From Eubacteriales bacterium (GTDB taxonomy: Bacteria > Bacillota > Clostridia > Oscillospirales > CAG-272), in NCBI GenBank assembly GCA_045537235.1, contig JAZSPB010000156.1, positions 7,982 through 71,981 of the forward strand: DNA of 64,000 bases, read 5' to 3'. The notes beneath the pieces were generated by a model. It had not been told where the DNA came from, searched no databases, and saw only the letters and a program-made list of their open reading frames with translations. Shown piece by piece: positions 17,219 to 23,923 of this stretch; the first letter of the stretch is position 1; the number at the start of each line of letters is the position of its first letter. Both the position numbers and the translations under genes were made by a program.

Positions 17219-17818
17219 TCAAGAATTATCTTCCGGCTCAAATGTTCCCCCCAAAGTAATTATGTCCGCTCCGAGAGCATAGACTTCTTCAATATTGTGC
17301 GTTACCAAAACCACAGCATGATCTTTGGCATACTCTGAAATAATATTTATCAAAACCTCACGTGTTTCGCTGTCAACGGCGCTGAAAGGCTCATCAAGAA
17401 GCAAAAGATCACCACCGAAGGCAAGGGCTCGAGCGAGGGAAACACGCTGCTGCATTCCACCCGAAAGTTGAGAAGGATATAGGTGAAGACTTTCGGAAAG
17501 CCCCATCCCTTCCAACCACGCTTCTGCGACCTTCGATGTTTCCTTACCCTCGGCAAGCACGACCTTAATATTATCCTGTGCCGTCAACCATTCGAAGAGA
17601 CGCGGCTCTTGAAATTTATATGAGATTTTAAGAAAGGTAGAATCAACCGTTCCCGAATCGGCGTGTTCCAGACCGGCAATGATGTTGAGCAAGGTGGTTT
17701 TTCCAATACCGGAAGCTCCCATGATCGCTGTGACCCCCGTTTGACCAAGGGTAAATGATATGTTGTTCAAAACTACCTTATCACCAAATTGTTTGCAAAT
17801 TCCATCAACTCTCAGCAT
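17219..17818 (-). CDS. ABC transporter ATP-binding protein (NitT/TauT-type)
   Basis: Walker A GASGIGKTT, signature LSGGMQQR, Walker B LLLLDEP. The ATG at 17818 follows AAGGAGG and overlaps the permease stop. Confidence 0.85.
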   Translation of the reverse strand: MLRVDGICKQFGDKVVLNNISFTLGQTGVTAIMGASGIGKTTLLNIIAGLEHADSGTVDSTFLKISYKFQEPRLFEWLTAQDNIKVVLAEGKETSKVAEAWLEGMGLSESLHLYPSQLSGGMQQRVSLARALAFGGDLLLLDEPFSAVDSETREVLINIISEYAKDHAVVLVTHNIEEVYALGADIITLGGTFEPEDNS

Positions 17819-18575
17819 AAGACCTCCTTTTCCGAAGCCGTCGCAATAGAAGCGTGGCGGTTTTTTCAATCGCCAGACTCAAAAGGATCACCACCGTTGT
17901 CCACGCAAAAAGCTCGGGAGTCTCGAGGTAGATCTTTGTATTGTAAAGTTGTTTTCCTATAGAATTTGGCGTCACAGCCAAAACCTCTGCAGCCACCCCT
18001 GCTTTCCAAGCCATGCCGATCGAAGTCTTGCAGGCCGAAAGAAAATAGGGAAGAACAGAGGGGATGTAAAAATATTTGAGACGTTTTACGAAAGAAAACC
18101 GGTAAACCTTGCACACTTCAGCCATTTTTCCGTCCAGTGCCCGAATTCCGTCACTCACCGCCGCCCAAACAATGGGAAGCACCATAAGAAAACAGATAAA
18201 CACGGGCATTTTACCGGCACCCAGCCAAATCAGTACCAAGATAATAAAAGAGGCAACAGGAGTTGCGCGAATTACCGTGATCAAGGGGGACACCAATCGG
18301 TAAACAAAAGAGAATCGACAAGTGAGAATGGCCAAGCCGGTTCCCAATATAGTTCCCAATAGGATCCCCAATAAAATACGCCCCAAAGTCAATCCTACAT
18401 TTTTCCAGAACTGCGGATCCAAGCAGAGTTTTGCCAAGGCTCGCAACACCGTATGCGGATAGGGAAGCAAAAGCTCCTTATCCACAAAACGTGCTGCGCA
18501 AAACCAAACGGCAATCCAAAAGAGGACAATAATCAGTACGCTCCCCAGTTTTTTTGCGGTATTGGCTTTTTTCAT
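17805..18575 (-). CDS. ABC transporter permease (NitT/TauT-type)
   Basis: 256 aa, about 6 TM, with an EAA-like loop (..AWKAGVAAEVLA..). It overlaps both neighbours. Confidence 0.85.
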   Translation of the reverse strand: MKKANTAKKLGSVLIIVLFWIAVWFCAARFVDKELLLPYPHTVLRALAKLCLDPQFWKNVGLTLGRILLGILLGTILGTGLAILTCRFSFVYRLVSPLITVIRATPVASFIILVLIWLGAGKMPVFICFLMVLPIVWAAVSDGIRALDGKMAEVCKVYRFSFVKRLKYFYIPSVLPYFLSACKTSIGMAWKAGVAAEVLAVTPNSIGKQLYNTKIYLETPELFAWTTVVILLSLAIEKTATLLLRRLRKRRSYAES

Positions 18576-19624
18576 TTGCTATAATAGAAATCCTCCGCGG
18601 GAAGAGCACCGCCTACGGATTGAGGGTTGACTCCGTGCATTACATCAAGGAATGCGGAAAGAGCATTCATCATATCCTCACCATCCATATAAACGATGTT
18701 GCACTTGGGAATGGCCTTTTCCGCAATAGCAGCGGCGCCTGCGTAAATACCGAGATCCACTACCATTTGAGCGGCTTCGGAAACATTTGCATTCAAAAAT
18801 TCAATGGAGGCTTTGTACTCCTCAAGGAACTTCGCCACCTCGTCGGGATGCTCCTCAAGGAACGCAGTACGAACAACGATACAGCCCTGCGTCAAAGGTT
18901 CATCTTTGCTATTTTCCCATTCTTCGGTGATATCAAGCGCCACACGAAGATTGGCATTCTTGTTCATCGCCACAGAAACGATAGGCTCGGGGAGTACAGC
19001 GATCATACCCTCGGAGGAGGTGGCAACCGCGCTCATCAATGCTGCGGGTTGTGCATATGTGGTATCAACGGTAACATTTTCCACATTGCTAAGTTGACAA
19101 ACGGCGCGGAAGATAAACTCGGGATTCTGCGCCGGGCAGTATACCGTCTTTTCTGCGAGGTCGGAAAGGGAATTGACGGTATTGCCGTTTTCTACAACAT
19201 AAAGAACACCCAACGTATTGAGGGCAATAACCTTAACACCGCCTTGTGTTTTGTTGTAAAGAACCGATGCGGCATTGGTGGGGAGCGCGGCAATATCGAT
19301 CTCGTTGTTGATGATTCCTGCATTGATAACCGATGCGTCAGTCTCAACCTTGAACTTGTAGTCCAAAGCCGCCGTCTTTTTATTGGCAGCATCCATCAGC
19401 TTTGCGGCACCGAATCCGGTTGTGCCGTTAAGAACCGAAATGCGAATATCCAATTCGGTATCGAGCTTGTTTTCCGAATCGGTACCATTGGTCTCGTCGT
19501 TGTTGGTGTCACTTTCGTTCGTGCCTTCGGTATCGGTTTCTTGCGAGCCGTTGCAGGCAGGAATAAGAGTAATGCACGAAAGCATCAAGGCGAGTACGAG
19601 TAATAGAGTAAGGATTTTTTTCAT
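18572..19624 (-). CDS. ABC substrate-binding lipoprotein (NMT1/THI5-like)
   Basis: Signal peptide plus lipobox (LIPAC), followed by a ~35-aa T/D/E/N-rich linker. Then a periplasmic-binding fold (IRISVLNGTTGFGAAKL...). The ATG at 19624 follows an AAGAGG RBS. Confidence 0.75.
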   Translation of the reverse strand: MKKILTLLLVLALMLSCITLIPACNGSQETDTEGTNESDTNNDETNGTDSENKLDTELDIRISVLNGTTGFGAAKLMDAANKKTAALDYKFKVETDASVINAGIINNEIDIAALPTNAASVLYNKTQGGVKVIALNTLGVLYVVENGNTVNSLSDLAEKTVYCPAQNPEFIFRAVCQLSNVENVTVDTTYAQPAALMSAVATSSEGMIAVLPEPIVSVAMNKNANLRVALDITEEWENSKDEPLTQGCIVVRTAFLEEHPDEVAKFLEEYKASIEFLNANVSEAAQMVVDLGIYAGAAAIAEKAIPKCNIVYMDGEDMMNALSAFLDVMHGVNPQSVGGALPAEDFYYSK

Positions 19625-19672
19625 TGGTTTTACCTCTTTCATAAGAATTTTTTTATATAAAAATCTCTGCAA

Positions 19673-20341
19673 TTAACCAAAGCGGATCTTGAGAGCATTT
19701 TTATCAAGTACAATAATTTGTTTTCCTTCTTTGCGAATCAGACCTTCGTTGATCAAGCTGTCAAAAGCACGATAAAGTGAAGCACGTCCTATATTCAGCA
19801 TATCTGATAGGGAATTTGCATTAATATTGAGTGAATATTGTTCCATTTCTTTATTGCCGCAGGAAAGCAAAAAGAAGGCCAATTTTCGTTCGGGACTTCC
19901 GGCAGTAAAGCAGGAAATCTTTTCATTCAAAAAACAGATGCGGTCAGAAAGAAACCGAATATAATTCATACAAAAAGTCGGATCTTCACACAAAAACAGT
20001 CGAACTGTTTCTTCGGGGAAGAATACTACTCGACACGCTTTTTTGGCTACGATCAAGCTGACAAATTCCTCCTTTTGACTGAACAGATTTGCCACCCCAA
20101 AGGTATCTCCGGCATTTAACATACGCAAAAGAACGGTGTTGTTCGGGTCGGCAGAAAAAACCGAGGCTGAGCCGGAAAGAAGAAAGCCCATTTTTTTCTC
20201 CTTTTCTTGAGGCGAGTAGACTGTCGCCCCTGCGGCAAATTCAACCGGAATAACCGAACCGTTTTGAATCTTTTCGGAAAGAATATCGGGATTTACCCCT
20301 CGAAAAAGGGGATGCGAGAGAAGCCGAGAAATCAAATCCAT
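19673..20341 (-). CDS. Crp/Fnr-family transcriptional regulator
   Basis: 222 aa. N-terminal cNMP-binding-like beta-barrel (GDTFGVANLF) and C-terminal HTH (SLSDMLNIGRASLYRAFDSL). There is no N-terminal Cys cluster, so it is not a classical FNR. Confidence 0.8.
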   Translation of the reverse strand: MDLISRLLSHPLFRGVNPDILSEKIQNGSVIPVEFAAGATVYSPQEKEKKMGFLLSGSASVFSADPNNTVLLRMLNAGDTFGVANLFSQKEEFVSLIVAKKACRVVFFPEETVRLFLCEDPTFCMNYIRFLSDRICFLNEKISCFTAGSPERKLAFFLLSCGNKEMEQYSLNINANSLSDMLNIGRASLYRAFDSLINEGLIRKEGKQIIVLDKNALKIRFG

Positions 20342-20376
20342 AGATTCACCTCCAAAAGTGTCTCAACTGATACAAA

Positions 20377-20405
20377 ATTTTAACATAAAAAACGACACTT
20401 GTCAA
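20377..20405 (-). promoter_or_regulatory. Candidate sigma-A promoter for the crp-like/ABC operon
   Basis: On the minus strand: TTGACA, a 17-nt spacer, then TAAAAT, about 35 nt upstream of the GGAGGTG RBS. Confidence 0.5.
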
Positions 20406-20487
20406 TAGGAAAATGATATTTTTTTCACAATTCGCTTGTTTTATTGTTTCTCCTATCGAAAAAATTATCGCAAAATTCGTAAAGCTA

Positions 20488-20516
20488 TTGATTTCCAAGG
20501 AAATATGAGTTATAAT
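20488..20516 (+). promoter_or_regulatory. Candidate sigma-A promoter for the nucleotidyltransferase-galE-galM cluster
   Basis: TTGATT, a 17-nt spacer, then TATAAT. Confidence 0.5.
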
Positions 20517-20528
20517 ATTTACGAAGTA

Positions 20529-20542
20529 TGTGCATATGCACA
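20529..20542. promoter_or_regulatory. Perfect 14-bp palindrome TGTGCATATGCACA (candidate operator) just downstream of the -10
   Basis: The reverse complement is identical. It has a 5-4-5 architecture and lies between the predicted -10 (20511-20516) and the RBS (GGAGG, ~20552). Confidence 0.35.
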
Positions 20543-20562
20543 ACAAATATTTGGAGGTAAAT

Positions 20563-21468
20563 ATGACGCTTGTTGTTTTGGCTGCCGGTCTTGGTTCGAG
20601 ATATGGCGGAATGAAGCAGATCGATCCCATCACCAAAGACGGTGAATTTATTCTGGACTTTTCAGTTTACGATGCGGTAAGAGCGGGATTTGATAAAGTG
20701 GTTTTTGTTATCAAGGAAGCGATGCTGAAGGATTTTCAGGATACGGTAGGTGCTCGCATCGGCGATAAGATCAAGGTGGAATATGCATTCCAAAAGCCGG
20801 AGCGCTATGTCGGTGCCGACCGCATTCCCGAAGGTCGCACAAAGCCTTGGGGTACTACCCATGCCTTGCTTTGCGCCAAGGAATATCTTACCGATAATTT
20901 CGCCGTGATCAATGCGGACGATTTCTACGGAAAAGAGGCATATGAAACCATTGCGGCGCATCTTTCCAAAGCCGAGGATATCGATGGCGTGGGGAATGTA
21001 GCCATGGTTGGCTATGTCTTGGGAAATACCTTGACCGAAAACGGAACGGTGTCTCGCGGTGTTTGCCAAGTGAACGAAAACGGATATTTGGAGAGCATTG
21101 TGGAAACCACTAAAATCATGCCCAACGGCGATATGGCAGTTTCCATTGTTGACGATAACAAATATCCTTTGCCGTACAACACCATGGTATCTATGAATTT
21201 CTGGGGCTTTACGCCTTCGATCTTGGATTATTTGGAAAAGGATTTCGAAAAATTCCTCGGCACTCTTTCCGATGATCCTATGAAAAAAGAATGTTATCTG
21301 CCGTTTTCGGTAGACAATGCTATGAAGGAAGGCAAGTGCAAGGTCAAAACTTACATTACCGAGGCCCAGTGGTTCGGTGTCACTTACAGTGAGGACAAAC
21401 CGGGTGTAGTTGCCGGAATCCGCAGTCTGATCGATGCCGGCGTATATCCCGACGGTCTTTGGAAATAA
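20563..21468 (+). CDS. Sugar-1-phosphate nucleotidyltransferase (UDP-sugar pyrophosphorylase-like)
   Basis: The N-terminus VVLAAGLGSRYGGMKQ is the G-x-G-(T/S)-R nucleotide-binding loop. The length is 301 aa and the ATG at 20563 follows a GGAGG RBS. Confidence 0.65.
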   Translation: MTLVVLAAGLGSRYGGMKQIDPITKDGEFILDFSVYDAVRAGFDKVVFVIKEAMLKDFQDTVGARIGDKIKVEYAFQKPERYVGADRIPEGRTKPWGTTHALLCAKEYLTDNFAVINADDFYGKEAYETIAAHLSKAEDIDGVGNVAMVGYVLGNTLTENGTVSRGVCQVNENGYLESIVETTKIMPNGDMAVSIVDDNKYPLPYNTMVSMNFWGFTPSILDYLEKDFEKFLGTLSDDPMKKECYLPFSVDNAMKEGKCKVKTYITEAQWFGVTYSEDKPGVVAGIRSLIDAGVYPDGLWK

Positions 21469-21495
21469 TCAAGTAAATTTAAAGAGGTAAATGGA

Positions 21496-22509
21496 ATGTC
21501 TATTCTTGTTACAGGCGGCGCCGGGTTTATCGGCTCCCATACTATCGTTGAACTGCTGAACGCCAACCGAGACGTGGTAGTCCTCGACAATTTCTGCAAC
21601 AGCAAGCCTGTTGTACTTGATCGTATTCGTGAGATTACGGGTAAGGATTTCAAGTTCTATGAGGCGGATCTGCTTGACTATGATGCTATTGACAAGATCT
21701 TTTCGGAGAATGAGATCGACAGTGTGATCCATTTTGCGGGACTCAAGGCCGTTGGGGAATCGGTGGCACAGCCCTTGCGCTACTATCATAATAACCTAAC
21801 CGGTACCTTCAATCTCTGTGAGATCATGCAGAAGCACGGTGCCAAGCGAATCGTGTTCAGCTCCTCGGCTACCGTTTACGGAAAGCCCGAAAGTGTGCCG
21901 ATCCGCGAGGATTTCCCCCTTTCTACTACCAACCCCTACGGCGAGACCAAATTGATGATCGAACGCATTCTCAAGGATGTTTATGTGGCAGACAATGAGT
22001 GGAGTGTATCCATTCTTCGATATTTTAATCCCATCGGCGCTCATAAGAGCGGTCGTATTGGAGAGGACCCCAAGGGAATTCCCAACAATCTTTTGCCCTA
22101 TATCACCCAAGTGGCATCCGGCAAACGGGATCACCTTTCGGTGTTTGGAAACGATTACAACACCCATGACGGTACCGGCGTGCGTGATTATATCCACGTC
22201 GTTGACCTCGCCAAAGCCCATCTCAAAGCGCTTGACCGCGCAAGCACCGTGACGGGAGTAGAGCATTTTAACATCGGTACAGGTGTCGGTTATTCGGTTC
22301 TTGATATCGTCAAGGCTTACGAGAAGGCTACGGGCATCAAGATCAAGTATGAGATCGTTGACCGCCGCCCCGGTGACATCGATGAGTGTTATGCGGATCC
22401 AACACGCGCCTATGAGATTCTTGGCTGGAAGGCTGAGTATAATATCGAAGATATGTGCCGTGATGCCAATAACTGGCAGAAGAATAACCCCAATGGATAC
22501 GGTGACTGA
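21496..22509 (+). CDS. galE: UDP-glucose 4-epimerase
   Basis: [13 protein letters not shown] Rossmann motif, catalytic YGETK (YxxxK), SSSATVYG, and typical GalE length (337 aa). Confidence 0.9.
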   Translation: MSILVTGGAGFIGSHTIVELLNANRDVVVLDNFCNSKPVVLDRIREITGKDFKFYEADLLDYDAIDKIFSENEIDSVIHFAGLKAVGESVAQPLRYYHNNLTGTFNLCEIMQKHGAKRIVFSSSATVYGKPESVPIREDFPLSTTNPYGETKLMIERILKDVYVADNEWSVSILRYFNPIGAHKSGRIGEDPKGIPNNLLPYITQVASGKRDHLSVFGNDYNTHDGTGVRDYIHVVDLAKAHLKALDRASTVTGVEHFNIGTGVGYSVLDIVKAYEKATGIKIKYEIVDRRPGDIDECYADPTRAYEILGWKAEYNIEDMCRDANNWQKNNPNGYGD

Positions 22510-22523
22510 AAGGAAATGCAGCA

Positions 22524-23588
22524 ATGAATAATATTGAAAAGAAATACTTCGGAACGCTTGCGGACGGTAGAAAAGTCCACGCCTATACACTGTCCAATGC
22601 GAACGGAATGCGCGTTATGATCTTGGATATGGGCGGTACGCTTTCCCAGATCCATGTTCCCGACAAGGACGGCAGATTGACCGATGTGGTCGGCGGCTAT
22701 GACAATTTGGATTATTATGTAAATGCATCCGGCTATCAGGGCGCATTGATCGGTCGTTTCGGTAACCGCATCGGACAGGGAAAATTCACCCTTGACGGCA
22801 AGGAATATTCCTTGTTTCTCAACAATAACGGCAACCATCTCCATGGCGGAAAGGAAGGCTTCAACAAGAAAATTTGGGATGTTGTTGCCAAGGACGGTGA
22901 CGAGCCTGCGCTTGAGCTGACCTATGTTTCTCCCGACGGAGAAGAGAATTACCCCGGTACTCTAACCGTCCGTGTGACCTATACCCTCTCCAAAGAGAAT
23001 GCTCTTTCTATCCGCTATGAAGCGACGACGGATAAAAAGACGATCCTCAATCTGACCAACCACGCTTACTTTAACCTTGGCGGCTATGCCTCGGGCAGTA
23101 TCCACGATCACTTCCTGCAAATGGATGCCGACAGTTACGTCAGAACCGATGAAAAGCTGATTCCGACGGGCGAGCTCGCTTCCGTAGAGGGAACGCCCTT
23201 TGATTTCCGCGCAGGAAAGAAGGTCGGACAGGATATCAATGCGGATAACGCTGATCTTAAAATTGCAGGCGGCTATGACCATTGCTTCAACTTCGCGGGA
23301 GGAGAAACCAAAGAACCTGTCCTGCGTGCCACCCTCAAGGATCCCAAGTCGGGTCGTGTCATGAAGATGTACACCAATCAGCCGTGTGTGCAGCTTTACA
23401 CAGGCAATTTCCTTGCCGATGATGGCTATCCCTTCAAAGGTGGACTTGTTAAAACCAAGCAAATGGCGCTTTGCCTTGAGACTCAACATATGCCCGACAG
23501 TATCAACCAAAAGGGCTTCACCAATGTTGTGTTGGATGTGGGAGAAAATTACGATTACACCACCATCTACGCATTCTCGGCAGAGTAA
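22524..23588 (+). CDS. galM: Aldose 1-epimerase (galactose mutarotase)
   Basis: GRFGNRI, N.LHGG..GF, LTNHAYFNL and the C-terminal LETQH.PD motifs are typical of GalM. Confidence 0.85.
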   Translation: MNNIEKKYFGTLADGRKVHAYTLSNANGMRVMILDMGGTLSQIHVPDKDGRLTDVVGGYDNLDYYVNASGYQGALIGRFGNRIGQGKFTLDGKEYSLFLNNNGNHLHGGKEGFNKKIWDVVAKDGDEPALELTYVSPDGEENYPGTLTVRVTYTLSKENALSIRYEATTDKKTILNLTNHAYFNLGGYASGSIHDHFLQMDADSYVRTDEKLIPTGELASVEGTPFDFRAGKKVGQDINADNADLKIAGGYDHCFNFAGGETKEPVLRATLKDPKSGRVMKMYTNQPCVQLYTGNFLADDGYPFKGGLVKTKQMALCLETQHMPDSINQKGFTNVVLDVGENYDYTTIYAFSAE

Positions 23589-23608
23589 TTAATTGAAATA
23601 ATATGTAG

Positions 23609-23649
23609 AAAAGCGATGCTTGTTTCAAGGCATCGCTTTTTGCTTTTTG
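23609..23649 (+). terminator. Intrinsic terminator after galM
   Basis: agcgatgc / gcatcgct stem flanked by AAA and TTT, followed by TGCTTTTT. Confidence 0.7.
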
Positions 23650-23700
23650 AAAACCGTTTGCCACAAAAAATCAAAACTTTTCTTTTTTCTTGATTTTCTG

Positions 23701-23729
23701 TTTACAAACGGGACATTTTGTGATATAAT
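23701..23729 (+). promoter_or_regulatory. Candidate sigma-A promoter of the LRR surface-protein gene
   Basis: TTTACA, a 17-nt spacer, then TATAAT with an upstream TG. It implies a 5' leader of about 190 nt. Confidence 0.5.
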
Positions 23730-23736
23730 CAAAAAT

Positions 23737-23844
23737 GCGACACAACTGAATAAAACTCAATTGGGGATGGCCATTTTTATCATATGGTAAAAATGCATGC
23801 TCTTTTTTCGCCTACCCTTTTGAGTTTACGAAAAGTTGTGTCGC
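23737..23844 (+). ncRNA. Structured 5' leader (unclassified cis-regulatory RNA candidate)
   Basis: The closing helix is gcgacacaact (23737-47) with agttgtgtcgc (23834-44), 11 bp perfect. It is co-linear with aaactcaa (23753-60) and ttgagttt (23820-27), 8 bp. The interior has AT-rich hairpins (ttttta-tcatatgg-taaaaa). Confidence 0.45.
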
Positions 23845-23868
23845 AGCAATCGGAGTCATGTGTTTTTC

Positions 23869-23901
23869 GTGCGTGGCTACGAGCTGCGCACTTTTTATTT
23901 T
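23869..23901 (+). terminator. Leader terminator (attenuator candidate), 22 nt upstream of the LRR gene start codon
   Basis: gtgcgtgg / ctgcgcac stem (8 bp including 2 G-U) with a 7-nt loop, followed by TTTTTATTTTGTTTT. It lies between the structured leader and the RBS (AAGGGGA). Confidence 0.45.
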
Positions 23902-23923
23902 GTTTTAAGAAGGGGAAAAGAAA

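Noticed and set aside
18554-19603. 349-aa + strand ORF
   Set aside because: It is antisense to the NMT1-like SBP gene, which has a signal peptide/lipobox and operon context. The composition of the antisense product is not protein-like.
20414-20429. CRP-like site TGTGA-N6-TATCA upstream of the crp-like gene promoter
   Set aside because: Only one half-site is good. The second matches 3/5, and the centre (~-51) does not fit class I/II spacing. It is an A/T-rich region where such matches are expected by chance.
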